DNA from: Nemertoderma westbladi
Lineage: Eukaryota > Animalia > Xenacoelomorpha
Direction: 5' to 3'
Length of the DNA: 54,693 nt
NCBI GenBank assembly: GCA_032718475.1
Contig: JAUCBJ010008250.1
Location: 1-54,693 of the forward strand
The notes under the pieces were generated by a model. That model was not told the DNA's origin. It made no database searches and saw only the letters and a program-made list of their open reading frames with translations. Positions 37,058 to 48,558 of the stretch are shown here, piece after piece (the first letter of the stretch is position 1; the number at the start of each line of letters is the position of its first letter). A program made the translations under genes and the position numbers.

Positions 37058-37595
37058 TGTGACGGGATCATCCGGAGATGAACCCGATTTATCCTGTTTT
37101 AGTTCACGCGTCCCCGCCGTGTGAAAGAGTGTAAGTTGAGGTTACTGTTGTTCGTTATATTGTGATCTTGAGACGTGATATAGATATAGATATAGATTGA
37201 TGTTATACACTGACGTTCACAGGTTGACGGGATGACGGTAACTAAAATCCCGGTACTTCCCTAATTGTAACTTACTGTACCACCAGTAACACTGAGATAA
37301 CTGAGGTAATATGATTACTGCTTACTGGTTATATCGCACGGTGGCCTTATTGCTACTCAATCGGTGCCAGCCCCCCTCTGATTGGTTGCTACCCTTGTTG
37401 GCGCCCTTTGAGGTGTTCCCGTTCACCCCAGCTATTCTCTCCCTTGTCAGGATACTAACCCCTGACCCTTATTGTGTGCTTCTCCTTCCCATTCTGTTGG
37501 GGAGACACGAGTTGGTTTGGGACCTAATCTCGTGTCCCCCAATATTGCTTATTGGCTTAACTTTGTGGAGTATTGGCGGGATTGATTCGCTAACA
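37058..37595 (-). repeat. 3' LTR of the BEL element
   Basis: TGTGACGG...GCTAACA; no differences from 48559-49096 seen by eye; preceded on the minus strand by PPT GGGGGGGAG (37596-37604). Confidence 0.96.
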
Positions 37596-39064
37596 CTCCC
37601 CCCCATGCCATCTTCCCGGTGAAGATAGCATCAAACCATAAAGTGCGTTACAATCCCGCTGGATCCCGATCTAGCATCGGGTGTGGGGTGGAAATCTTTT
37701 CTTTTGGAGTCGGCTTTCCAGGCCGCTCCCTCTGGGTATGATAACGCTACCCTTTTACGCCTGGCGTCCGCGCCGGGCCAATCGCGCTCTCCTCTCACAC
37801 GATTTTTGTTTCCCCAACACTTTCGCCCTTAACTCTCACTCACTCTCGGACTTCTCTGTCCCTTACTCAGCCTCTTACTCTTTCCCCACTCCAGGATTGC
37901 ATCCGCACCCTCTCCACACTATCTGACTCTCTTCTCAACCCCTCACTGACTACCTCATCTACTCTGACGAATGTCACCTCCCCTCCCGTGCCGTCGCACT
38001 CAAGAAGTGTGAAGTCGTCTCATGTCTCGTCCATAGTCCCATAGTCAAGTTAGCCCCCCCCATTCCCAGTAGCTAGTTGAGAAAGGTTGTAAGGTTGTAC
38101 GACTATAGTACTTACTCCAAACGTATGTATTTGTTACTAATTACTACGTACGTACATACAAATTGCATTTATGTGATTATTTGCATTAATTAAATTTGTA
38201 CTTAATAGTTCGTACGTTCCGCGCGGCGCCTTCCAGGCGTACCACGTGCTAGTCCCAGTTCGTCTTTCGTCCCAAGCGATCTCCGCGGTCTATGGAGTCG
38301 CTGGTAGGCGAACTTCTCTACGTTACTCTCTCTATTTACATCGATCTCTCCGCCCCTCTCGGGCATTGTCTCCCCGAATGCTATCCGTGGTGCCGTCCCC
38401 GGTTGCTCGCCCAACCTGATGGTGCTCCCCGCGAAATCCATCGCCGGCTCCTCGTGCACCCAGGTCCGCTTGCCGGATCTGTTCCAGAAGGCCCTCGCCC
38501 CACTGGCCGTCACCACCCTTCCGCCAACCCAGTCCTTTCCCTAGAGACTCCCCCGAACTCCCTTACGAAGCCCAATGAAGTTCATCTAAGGGTGCTTGTT
38601 CCTTGAAGCCGTAACTCTGCGCCCTAGCTTCCTCCTCCCTCTCCTCTGCTTCTCTCCTCTCTCATCTAGTTTGCCTGCCATCTCGAACTCTGCCCGATCG
38701 CTCACCCGTAGGTGGTGCCTTGCCAAGGCGCAAACGTGATGAGTGATGGGCTTAGATGGTTTAAGTTCTGTTCGATGGCCTATCTCTTCCTGAATTTTCG
38801 AGTTATTGCCTATTCTTACTACTCTTACCATTTTGTTTACCAATTTGGTCCCCTTCTTAGCCCTATTCTTATCCTAATTTATCTTAATTTCAATCCTACT
38901 ACCTTACTGTTTCCTATTACTTATGGATTATTCTATTCCCTAATCCATATTCTGGTCTACTCTGTGGGCCCATGCAGTACAGCAGTATGCCTCGTGTGGC
39001 CACACGATTTATCCAACTGTACTCATATGCCCCCCCCTAACTGCTAACTAGTATCTATATCTAT

Positions 39065-39630
39065 ATCCCTACTTCTAACTCTTAAGCTAATTAGCGGTAC
39101 TACGTACCCTTAACTAATTAACCAACTAACTCTTACTCTCTAGTTAGTCAGCGGTACTATGTACCCTTAACCAACTAACTACTCCAGCTAACTAGCGGGC
39201 GGACCCTTAACTAATTAACTAACTATCCTAACTCTTACTTTCTAGTTAGTCAGCGGTACTATGTACCCTTAACCAACTAACTACTCCAGCTAACTAGCGG
39301 GCGGACCCTTAACTAATTAACTAACTACCCCTCACTCTCTAGCAAGTTAGCGGTACTACGTACCCTCAACTAACTAACTACTCCGGCTAACTAGCGGACG
39401 TACCCTTAACTAATTAACTCACTATCCTAACTCTTACTTTCTAGTTAGTCAGCGGTACTATGTACCCTTAACCAACTAACTACTCCAGCTAACTAGCGGG
39501 CGGACCCTTAACTAATTAACTAACTAATCCTTACTCTTACTCTCTAGCTAGCCAGCGGTACTACGTACCCTTAACCAACTAACTACTCCAGCTAACTAGC
39601 GGACAGACCCTTTAACTAATTAACTAACTG
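39065..39630. repeat. ~100 bp higher-order tandem repeats in the BEL 3' noncoding region
   Basis: Alternating ...CAGCGGTACTATGTACCCTTAACCAACTAACT and ...TAGCGGGCGGACCCTTAACTAATTAACTAACT subunits, about 5 units. Confidence 0.85.
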
Positions 39631-39751
39631 ACTCTTTTTTTATTATTTTTATTATTTGTGTGGGAAGGGCGTCTAGCCCTCAATCCCACCCCCCTCAGTC
39701 CAAAATGGACGACGAAAAACTCACACAAACTCACTCCCACTGCTTTTAGGT

Positions 39752-42700
39752 TTAAGGTGCTCCCTCCAAAAGACAACATTTGCCTACAGCTCTTCTGTAG
39801 GTCTTCCTGTCTTTCGCACCTATCTTCCCACCTATCCGCACCTCTACCGATCGGACTCTTCCGTCCTTATCGGTGTATGTGCCTACTACCCTCGCCAACC
39901 GCCACTGGTTGTTGATGATTGTATCATCCGTAACGATCACGAGATCTCCCTCTCTTAACTCCCTGTTAGGTTTCCTCCACTTGCTTCTTTTGTGGAGTGT
40001 GGGTAGGTATTCCTCTACCCACCTTCTCCAATACTCTGCGCTTATTGCTTTAGCGACTTTCCAGCTTTGCCGGGAGTGTATGTCGTCTGGGTCTACACCC
40101 CGCATGTCGATTGTCACTGGCCTTTCCATTAGAAAATGGCTTGGCGTAAGCACTTCTAGTGACTCTGGGTCATCATTCTCCGGATATAGCGGTCTGCTAT
40201 TAATGATGCCCTCGCACTTTGCAAGTACCGTTCTCAAAATGTCCTCTGTGACCATATGGGTGTTCATCAACTTCGTCATGAGACGCTTCGAACTCCCCAC
40301 CAGTCTCTCGACGCATCCTAGTGTATGTGGTGCATACGGCGTCCTTCTCTCCCATTTAACTTGGCGTCGCCTCATGGCTGCCTTGACCTCCTCCCCTTCC
40401 AAGATGTCCAAGGCCTCTGCCATCTCGTTCTCTGCGCCCACAAAGTTGGTTCCACTGTCGGAGTACATGACTTCGATCGTTCCCCCTTTGCGGTCTCTGA
40501 ACCTCTCCAGCGCGTTTATGAACGCTGATGATGATGCGTCTTGGGCGAGTTCTATCCCTACCGCCCTTGTGTTATTACATACAAAGATGATACCGTAGCG
40601 TTTCTCCGTGTGTCGCATCACCTTGATCTTTATCGGCCCGAACATGTCCACACCGCAATGCGTAAATGGCGGGTCGTGCTGTCTTACTCTACTCGCTGGT
40701 AGTGGCGCCATCTCCTGTATGGCTCTCTCCTTCTTCGCTCGCCTGCAAGTTTGGCACTGCCCCACTACCGCTTTCACTTTCTTCCGTAGTTGTTTGACCC
40801 AGTAGGTCCTTCTTATTTCTGCGAGGGTTCGGTTGGTGCCCCCGTGCAATATCGACTTGTGGGAGTCCCAGATTATCTGGTGGACTATGGGCGATCCTGT
40901 TGGAATGATGATGGGTTTCGGTGGCACCACAATGCTATTGCTGTATCCCACCCTAGAGTTCATTACTAGGATACCCTCATCGTTCAGTTGTGGTGACAGC
41001 GTGATCAACTCGCTGTCTCGTCGAAGATGCTGTTTCTTACTGACGCGCTCCACTTCGTCGCCATAGTTCTTTCGTTGTTCGTAGCGGATGACTGCTCTCG
41101 CCGCTCCTTCCAGATCTATGGTCGTCCTGATTTTCTTCCTATCGCCGACTCCCGCTAGGAAATTCCCGAAGGCTCTCCAGTACGCCACTAGTTTCTTGGT
41201 CTTGTACCAACTAGAGCTGTAGCTGAGGAGTTTATCCGTTGGGTTATCGCACACTTCCACTGATTTGGGTCGCACGTCCCTTATCTCCCTCACCATCTGG
41301 GAGTATATCTCTTCTCCCTCTGAATCTCCCTCTTCTCCTTCCGATATTACTTCTCCTGAGCCCGGGTCCACCTTTCTCATCGGCGGCCAGGCCTCCTTGT
41401 CGCTCAGAAACTGTGGCCCATGTTGCCACAACACTTCCTTCTTCGAGAAAGTGTGGCGTGCCACGCCCCTCGATAATAAGTCCGCAGGGTTCTCGTCCGT
41501 AGGGCAGTAGTGCCACCTTTCTAGCTCTGTCTTTGCTCTTATTTCGTCCACTCTATTCGCGATGAATATAGGGTATCGTGTTTTCTCGTTATGCAGCCAA
41601 CCGAGCACTACCATGGAGTCCGTCCAGTAGTGTGTCTCCACTATGTTGGGAATAGCGTCCATTATGTAGGCTGTGGCTCTCACTCCTAATCTCGCCGCTG
41701 TCAACTCTAGTTTGGGAACTGACGCTGAATCTGGTGGCGTTGACTTCGCCTTGCTGAAGGCAAGTCTGGGTTTGTGAGACCCTTCTCGTTGTACTAAGTA
41801 AAGTGCCGCTCCGTATGCCTCTAGCGATGCATCGGAGAACATATGCAGATCCAGGTTCGTCATGTCCCCGTCTGGGAAATACACTCTAGGCATGTTGTAT
41901 GTTCCCATATCTTCAAGACCCTCCGTCCACTTGCACCATTGTTTCTTAATTTCCTCTGGCACCTCTTTGTCCCACTCGTCTTTTAGCTTGTATACTCTCT
42001 TGAGTATTTGTTTCCCCGTCACTAGTAGTGGGGATGCTAGGCCTAGGGGATCGTATATTCTTGCTATGTATGACACATAGCCTCTCTTTGTGTGGATGTT
42101 CGCGCCCTCCTGGCTTAGTTGGTACCTTAATTCGTCTGTCTCTTTGTTCCACACGATTCCCAGTGCCTTTTGTTGGGACTCCGTTCTCTTACTCGCCATG
42201 TCCTGCCCCTTTGCTGTCGTGGGATTATCCATGGTCGATTGTGGTTTCTCGTCCTCTATCGCTTTGATAAATTCCTGCGAACTGGACTGGAATTTGGTCA
42301 GGTTAAAGCCGGATCCTCTTAGGATGTCGCGAACCTCGCGCCCCGTATCCAGTATCTCTTTAACCGTATTCCCCGACTCCATTCCGTCGTCTACGTAGAA
42401 GCCGCGTCGAATCATGTCGACGGCCCTACCGCTGTATTTATCCTCTTTCCCTTTTACCGTGTCTCTTACCGCCATAGTCGTTGTGAAGGAAGACGACTTG
42501 GCGCCCATGTTCTGCACTATCATTTTGTACATTGGTATGGTTGACGGTTCTTCTTCCCCGTTGTACCATAAGAAACGTTGACTATCGCTGTCGTCTTTCG
42601 TAACACGGACTTGGTTGAACATGCCCTCTATATCACAAGTGAAGGCGTGTTTCCCGTTCCTGAATCTTAATAGGACCTCGATCCCTGAGTTGTAGATATT

Positions 42701-45700
42701 GGGACCTTCGAGTAGATAGTCGTTGAGGCACTTTCCATTTGTCTTTGCCGACGCATCTACTACCATTCTCAGTTTACCTTTCTTAGGATCTAAAGCCACG
42801 TGGAGTGGTAGGTAATATGTCCTGTCCGTATTTGGTTCGTCAACCGGTAGCTCCACGGCCCATCCCTTCTCAATGTACTTCTTGATGGTTCTATGGATGT
42901 ACTCGTTTTTCTCGGGGCTCCGCTTCAGTGTCTGTTTCAACTTGCGAAGCCTCGTAAGCACCATCCCTTTATTATCGGGCAACGGTAGCTTCGGTAGCTT
43001 CCATACCATTCCTATGGTATACCGTCCCTCTTTGCACATCATGGACTCGTCTACGCTCTGTTGAGCCTGTTTGTCCTCCACCGAGGTCCCTACCCCGGTC
43101 TCTTTTAATCCCTCAAAATCTTGTTTGAGCAGTCTTTTAAGCTGCTCCTCTGCTCTCTCATCACCTATTTCCTGCATAGTTCCTGCGAACATGCATCCTG
43201 ATGTCTCCGACATCCTAAATGGTATCTTACTCTTGATTGGGCCACTCAGTGTCCACCCGAATGGCGTCAATATCGCCACTGGGTCACTCTCCCTGTCTTC
43301 GCCGAAGACCGTTTGCATCCTCTCGTGGGCCGTCGGGCAGTCCATGCCTACTATGATGGATACTTTCCTGACGTCCACCTCCGGGATTGAGAAGTCAATA
43401 TTATCCAGGAACTTATATTGCTCGACCTCGATGTTAGTTGGTCGCCTGGCATTGATATTGATTGACTCTATCACTTGGATGGGGTCGATAGTTGCCCCGT
43501 AGTTACATCCCGGTGCGACTGCTGCAATCGCGCACCGTCCGGTTCTCATCTCCAGGACCTCGTCTTTGCTCGAGATGGTTGTTACTGCCATTCTACTTGC
43601 CCTCGTCCTCAATCCTATTTCTTCGGCCACCCAATCCTCAATTAAAGTGAAGGCAGCTCCGCTATCGACCAGCATCAGAGTGGTTACTGATCGATTGCCT
43701 TCCCCAATCACTCGCACCGGTACTACCCCAAGTAGCACCGTTCCTCTCTTCTTCGCCCCTACTGTGCTCGTCGCCATTGTTTGGCCTTTATTTCGACGGT
43801 ACTTGACCGGCGTCTCCTCGCATTGCCTTGCTCGATGTCCACCCATCACACATCGCGAGCAGATCTCATTTTTGTCCGCGTATACTACCTGATCCTCTCT
43901 GGGTAATGCTTGCCAGTAGCTGCAGTTCATGGTTAGATGTTTTGCATTTGTATGTAGCTGGCATTTAGCCTCTGGGTCGTAGCCGTCCTTGTACAGTGCA
44001 TCGCGTATCGCAACTGCATTTGTACTAAAGTCCCTACTGTTTTTATAGTTTGTGCTCGGCCTACTGGATGTATTGGGGTTATGTTTGTTCGTGTTGTTGG
44101 TTTTCCCCTGTCCGGCCTTACTCTCTGCTAACTGTGGACTCGCAGTCCCCTGCGTCGCTGCGTATGGCAGTGATTGTCTGAGCTTTGGTAATGAATTCGA
44201 CGTACCGCGCTCCGGCCTCGGCCGACGGCAGTCCGTCCTCGGTCCCCTTCCCAGACTGTCTTCGCCATAGACTGGGTCGGCCATCAGCTCTGCTTCGTAG
44301 CTTAGGAAGCTAGACATTTCCTCTAGACCCGGTTCCGCACCCTTTTTGTCTCTAGTGGAGAAAGCGACTCTTCTCCACTTGTTACGCAGCCATATCGGCA
44401 GTGCCTGCGCTATCGTGGTGATGTTGTTGGAGGCGTTGAGCTCATATGGTGCGTCCAACGTCTTTAACACGATCAGCGCCTTTTCAACTTTGTTAGCAAA
44501 CGTCTTAATGCTAACGGGATTATCCTGTAGGCCACCCGTTGTTATGCCTCTCAGGGTTTGCCTGATGATCTTGGCTGGGTGCCCGTATTCCCTGTCCAGT
44601 GCCCGCCATGCTGTCGTGAAGCCCCCTTCTATACCCTGGTATTGCCTCACGATGTCGTATGCTGGGCCTCCCGTGTATACTTGCAGATACTTTAGGCACT
44701 CCGCCTGCGTCAAATTTTTTGTTAGTATCTCGTTGCTATACATGCGCCGAAACTGAAGATATTCTTCCGGCCTACTCCCATCGAATTTGAATGGTTCCAC
44801 GGGTGGTAACTCGATCCTTGTTTTTAACGCATCGATTAACGTGGCCATCCCCACTGCTTGCGCCTCTAATGGGTTCGATGGATGTTGCATGGTTTCCCTT
44901 GCTTGGTGCGGTCCACCCGTTCTATTCTCTGCTCTCCTCTGACTTGGGTATATCATTGGGGGTAGCGGCCCCCTCCATATTTCTGTGTCACACGATTTGT
45001 TTTCGTCCAAGGGATTCGTTCTCGCTTCTATCGGGGTATATTGTTGATATTGCGATGGGGGAATGTCACCCTGTCCCCCCCCCACCAATATGTTTGGTAC
45101 TGGGGTTGATGTTAATATATTGGGGCCCATGCATTTATCCGCAATAATTCCCCCCTCCCCTGGGTATATGTTATAACCTTTGGTGCTGTAGTCATACTGC
45201 TGCACTGGTACCGGTATAGGCCTATCAGCTTCTGGCCTACCTACCGGAATGTATTCCGCGACTTCCGGGTCTAATCCCGTTGTCCGCGCTATCCTATCGC
45301 CTACGGTGCTCCTGTCAGCATGGCCTACGGTATGTGCAGTAAGGCCTACAGTATGTCCTACAGTCTGTATGTGCTCGGAATCGAAGTTTATTCTTCTCGA
45401 ATAGTCCTCCCCGCGGCTACCGTATTCTCGATCGGTAGGTACATCCCGACGGAAAGTTTCCCTTCGACCCCCTCTGCTGCTCTCTTCTTCGCGTCGGTAC
45501 GTCACGTACCTCTCTCTCGGCGCGTAGTGCGCCTCGTCGGGTCGCGTCTCTCCGGGACGACGGCAATCTCCCGTAGTTCGACCCCACCGACTCTCTTCTT
45601 CCATCTCAATCACCGACGGCTCACTATCCGTCCTCACTCTTCTATCGTTCGCGGCGATGCTTCTCCTATCATCTTCTCCTCTTCTTCCCTCAGTGCAGTA

Positions 45701-48490
45701 TTCCCGCTCGTGAGATCTCTCGTTGACCTCCCGGTTAAACTCCACTGTTCTTCTTCTCTCTTCTGATCGGGCTTGACACTCCGTCCGCCCTCTCGCGGCG
45801 TCAACCTGCATCTCTCTGCTCGATCGCCCGCCGCTGGGGACACTCGCGGTCCCCCTATTACTTTCCGTCGCCGTGTGTTGCGGTTTACCTACTTCGGCCC
45901 GCGCATTATCCGCCGACGCCTGTGGGACACTCTCTGCCCCCCCCCTCTCGTCACTAACTTCTCGCGGTGGGGTGCTCGTAGCCCCCCCCCACCCGCCACT
46001 TCTAACTTCGGTACCTCTTACTACACTCCTGTACCCTTCTTGTGGGGCGCTCTCCGCCCCCCCCTTCTCGCCGCTAATCTCACGTGGTGGGGCGCTCGGA
46101 GCCCCCCCCCACTCGCCACATCTAACTTCACTATTTCCTACCTCGTCTCTACACTTTTCTCCCGTCGACACAACATTTACATTGGGGCTGGGTCCGCTTA
46201 CCCCCGCCCCTCTCTCCACTACTACCTGGCCTACCAGGCCTACTTCGGGTTGTCTCAACCCCGCCGATTCCGGCCTACTAACTACGAGGCCTACCAGGCC
46301 TACCTCGGGTTGGCCCAACCCCGCTACTTCCGCCCTACTGACTACGTGGCCTACCAGGCCCACCTCGGGTTGGCTCAACCCCGCCGTCTCCGGTCTACCC
46401 ACTGCGTGGCCTACCAGGCTCACCCCGGGTTGACTCAACCCCGCCGTCTCCGGCCTACTTACTACGTGGCCTACCAGGCCCTCACCCGCCGGGCTATGTG
46501 CGTTGGACACGTCTACATTAATAATACCACTGTGATTATCCTGCGCACCAAAGCTAGAAACAATATGTTGCGTTATAACAGTATTCGGATTATTTTGTAA
46601 AATCGAATTCGGGTTATTATTTAAATTATTTGGATCATTTTGTGAAATCGAATTCGGATTATTACTTAAATTATTTGGACTATTCTGTATAACTACATCA
46701 CTAGAATTACTCTGTACGTCAATATTAGAATCGTTCTGATTTAAAATAATATTATTACTATTAGGTAACGTATTTCCTGCAATAAAAATTTGGTTAGAGT
46801 CGTCCAATACAGTATTATTAATATTAGCGTTATCTACTGTATTAGTGTTATTACCCCCCCCGCTCGTACGATCACACCAGTTTCGTGTCCGTAGTGTGGT
46901 CCCTGTCAGTGGAGTATTAATAAACGTATCCACGGCCCCCGGCTCCTCTGAAATGTTCGAGCCTGCCCCTCTCTCAGACACTCCTGCCCGCGCCCGTTCC
47001 ACCTCGCGCGCGTGTACAGCCGTATACTCTACGAATTTGTCTCGCTGTTTCTCTAACTCTATTCGGCCACTCTCCACTCTTGTTACTTTCTCCTTTGACT
47101 CTCGTTTTTCCTGCTCGATCAATTCCAGCTCTCTCCTAATCCCCTCTCTTCTTCTCGCCTTACGCTCTTTGCGTTCACTTTCCTCTCTCGCCTCACGTTT
47201 CTCGCGTTCACTTTCCTCTCTCGCCTCTCGTTTCTCGCGTTCCGCCTCGCGTTTCTCCTCGCGTTCCCTTCGTTCCCTTCTCTCTCTCGCCTCGCGTTCC
47301 TCGCGTTCTCTCTCGCGTTCCGCCTCGCGTTTCTCGCGTTCTGCTTCGCGTTTCTCGCGTTCTGCCTCGCGTTCTCTCTCGCGTTCCCTCTCTTCCCTCA
47401 ACTCTATCTCCTCACACTCCCTAAGGTTCCTCGCGGCCCTTTCGCCCCTCTCCCTCAACTCTTTAATCGACACCGTTTCCCTCTCTAGCATCACTCTCCC
47501 CTCCTCTAGCCGTCTACCTAGTTCTCTATTCGCCTCTACCACTACATTGAAACGGTGTCTAGCCTCTATCTCTCTCACCCGTCTTTCTTTTTCGGAGGAT
47601 GTAACAGACTTATCGGTTGCGACGGATTCCCTCCGCCTTCCCGACCCGCTGGCTCTCCCCCCCTTTCCGGAACTCCCTCCGACCGACGAGACCGAACCCG
47701 CGGGGTCAACCTCGGGTTCGCCCTCCTCTGGTCTGTTCCAACCTACTGTCTTTATACCCCGGGCATCGATTAAGTATGGCCCTAAGTACACTACCCTAGG
47801 TTCTATACTCCCATACCGCCATGAGTCATACAGTTCCTCGGCGACCCAAGTCGCTCTCTCCTCGGCCAATCCTCTCTGCCCGAAGCGCACTAGATAATAT
47901 AAATGTCTATTCGACTCACCTAGTCCTAGGTTCAGTTTTACCTCGTCTATCCTCTTCCCTTCTCTGGCCTCCTTTATCAGTCTCCGGGTCGCGTTGTAGG
48001 CCCGTCGAAGTCGCTCGGAAACCCCGACGTCCTCGTCGCCGACCCCTCGTCCGTCTCTCCGGGTTCGACGTCGTACCGGCGGCCCCACCGTCGCCGTTCC
48101 GGTGGGCCGTGCGTCGCCCTCGGCCTGCGGTTGGCCGGCGACATCGGTGTCGACATCCCCGTCGTCTCTCCGGGTCCGGCGTCGTACCGTCGGCCCCACC
48201 GTCGCCGTCTCGGTGGGCCGTTCGTCGCCCTCGGCCTGTGGCTGGCCCGCGACGTCGGTATCGACATCCCCGCTGTGTGTCGACTCGTCTCTCTCTTCCT
48301 CGAGCCCGATCTCTCTATCCTCCGGCTCGATCTCTGGTTCCAGGCGGTCCCCCTCTACTCGAATCCCCGGTTCGCCCGGTACGGATGGCTCCGGTGTCGT
48401 GGGCGTATATCGCCTGGTCGCGGCCTCGCGGATCGTTAGATCGTCGTCGTCCGGGGTCCGCGTGGGTGTCACTTCACCCGACTCGCTCAT
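39752..48490 (-). CDS. BEL/Pao Gag-Pol polyprotein, intact
   Basis: Gag core (PFKFDG...), Cys/His knuckles (CQLH..H..C, CSRC..GH..C), protease LVDSGA, RT FYVDD, YDPLG, RNase H FSDAS/WTDS/NPAD, integrase H-H-C-C plus GVDMFGP, SDSGTNF, ERLV, INSRPL. Confidence 0.97.
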   Translation of the reverse strand: MSESGEVTPTRTPDDDDLTIREAATRRYTPTTPEPSVPGEPGIRVEGDRLEPEIEPEDREIGLEEERDESTHSGDVDTDVAGQPQAEGDERPTETATVGPTVRRRTRRDDGDVDTDVAGQPQAEGDARPTGTATVGPPVRRRTRRDGRGVGDEDVGVSERLRRAYNATRRLIKEAREGKRIDEVKLNLGLGESNRHLYYLVRFGQRGLAEERATWVAEELYDSWRYGSIEPRVVYLGPYLIDARGIKTVGWNRPEEGEPEVDPAGSVSSVGGSSGKGGRASGSGRRRESVATDKSVTSSEKERRVREIEARHRFNVVVEANRELGRRLEEGRVMLERETVSIKELRERGERAARNLRECEEIELREEREREREREAEREKREAEREKREAEREREREEREARERRERREREEKREAEREKREAREESEREKREAREESERKERKARRREGIRRELELIEQEKRESKEKVTRVESGRIELEKQRDKFVEYTAVHAREVERARAGVSERGAGSNISEEPGAVDTFINTPLTGTTLRTRNWCDRTSGGGNNTNTVDNANINNTVLDDSNQIFIAGNTLPNSNNIILNQNDSNIDVQSNSSDVVIQNSPNNLSNNPNSISQNDPNNLNNNPNSILQNNPNTVITQHIVSSFGAQDNHSGIINVDVSNAHSPAGEGLVGHVVSRPETAGLSQPGVSLVGHAVGRPETAGLSQPEVGLVGHVVSRAEVAGLGQPEVGLVGLVVSRPESAGLRQPEVGLVGQVVVERGAGVSGPSPNVNVVSTGEKCRDEVGNSEVRCGEWGGAPSAPPREISGEKGGAESAPQEGYRSVVRGTEVRSGGWGGATSTPPREVSDERGGAESVPQASADNARAEVGKPQHTATESNRGTASVPSGGRSSREMQVDAARGRTECQARSEERRRTVEFNREVNERSHEREYCTEGRRGEDDRRSIAANDRRVRTDSEPSVIEMEEESRWGRTTGDCRRPGETRPDEAHYAPRERYVTYRREEESSRGGRRETFRRDVPTDREYGSRGEDYSRRINFDSEHIQTVGHTVGLTAHTVGHADRSTVGDRIARTTGLDPEVAEYIPVGRPEADRPIPVPVQQYDYSTKGYNIYPGEGGIIADKCMGPNILTSTPVPNILVGGGQGDIPPSQYQQYTPIEARTNPLDENKSCDTEIWRGPLPPMIYPSQRRAENRTGGPHQARETMQHPSNPLEAQAVGMATLIDALKTRIELPPVEPFKFDGSRPEEYLQFRRMYSNEILTKNLTQAECLKYLQVYTGGPAYDIVRQYQGIEGGFTTAWRALDREYGHPAKIIRQTLRGITTGGLQDNPVSIKTFANKVEKALIVLKTLDAPYELNASNNITTIAQALPIWLRNKWRRVAFSTRDKKGAEPGLEEMSSFLSYEAELMADPVYGEDSLGRGPRTDCRRPRPERGTSNSLPKLRQSLPYAATQGTASPQLAESKAGQGKTNNTNKHNPNTSSRPSTNYKNSRDFSTNAVAIRDALYKDGYDPEAKCQLHTNAKHLTMNCSYWQALPREDQVVYADKNEICSRCVMGGHRARQCEETPVKYRRNKGQTMATSTVGAKKRGTVLLGVVPVRVIGEGNRSVTTLMLVDSGAAFTLIEDWVAEEIGLRTRASRMAVTTISSKDEVLEMRTGRCAIAAVAPGCNYGATIDPIQVIESININARRPTNIEVEQYKFLDNIDFSIPEVDVRKVSIIVGMDCPTAHERMQTVFGEDRESDPVAILTPFGWTLSGPIKSKIPFRMSETSGCMFAGTMQEIGDERAEEQLKRLLKQDFEGLKETGVGTSVEDKQAQQSVDESMMCKEGRYTIGMVWKLPKLPLPDNKGMVLTRLRKLKQTLKRSPEKNEYIHRTIKKYIEKGWAVELPVDEPNTDRTYYLPLHVALDPKKGKLRMVVDASAKTNGKCLNDYLLEGPNIYNSGIEVLLRFRNGKHAFTCDIEGMFNQVRVTKDDSDSQRFLWYNGEEEPSTIPMYKMIVQNMGAKSSSFTTTMAVRDTVKGKEDKYSGRAVDMIRRGFYVDDGMESGNTVKEILDTGREVRDILRGSGFNLTKFQSSSQEFIKAIEDEKPQSTMDNPTTAKGQDMASKRTESQQKALGIVWNKETDELRYQLSQEGANIHTKRGYVSYIARIYDPLGLASPLLVTGKQILKRVYKLKDEWDKEVPEEIKKQWCKWTEGLEDMGTYNMPRVYFPDGDMTNLDLHMFSDASLEAYGAALYLVQREGSHKPRLAFSKAKSTPPDSASVPKLELTAARLGVRATAYIMDAIPNIVETHYWTDSMVVLGWLHNEKTRYPIFIANRVDEIRAKTELERWHYCPTDENPADLLSRGVARHTFSKKEVLWQHGPQFLSDKEAWPPMRKVDPGSGEVISEGEEGDSEGEEIYSQMVREIRDVRPKSVEVCDNPTDKLLSYSSSWYKTKKLVAYWRAFGNFLAGVGDRKKIRTTIDLEGAARAVIRYEQRKNYGDEVERVSKKQHLRRDSELITLSPQLNDEGILVMNSRVGYSNSIVVPPKPIIIPTGSPIVHQIIWDSHKSILHGGTNRTLAEIRRTYWVKQLRKKVKAVVGQCQTCRRAKKERAIQEMAPLPASRVRQHDPPFTHCGVDMFGPIKIKVMRHTEKRYGIIFVCNNTRAVGIELAQDASSSAFINALERFRDRKGGTIEVMYSDSGTNFVGAENEMAEALDILEGEEVKAAMRRRQVKWERRTPYAPHTLGCVERLVGSSKRLMTKLMNTHMVTEDILRTVLAKCEGIINSRPLYPENDDPESLEVLTPSHFLMERPVTIDMRGVDPDDIHSRQSWKVAKAISAEYWRRWVEEYLPTLHKRSKWRKPNRELREGDLVIVTDDTIINNQWRLARVVGTYTDKDGRVRSVEVRIGGKIGAKDRKTYRRAVGKCCLLEGAP

Positions 48491-48558
48491 CTTTTGTCTG
48501 TTGGTGGCTGGTGGTATCTGAGTCTATTAGGCTAGGGCAGCAGTTGTTATTTAGTTAC

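Noticed and set aside
38202-39047. env gene in the BEL 3' region
   Set aside because: Only short ORFs, with no signal peptide, Cys-rich ectodomain and transmembrane arrangement.
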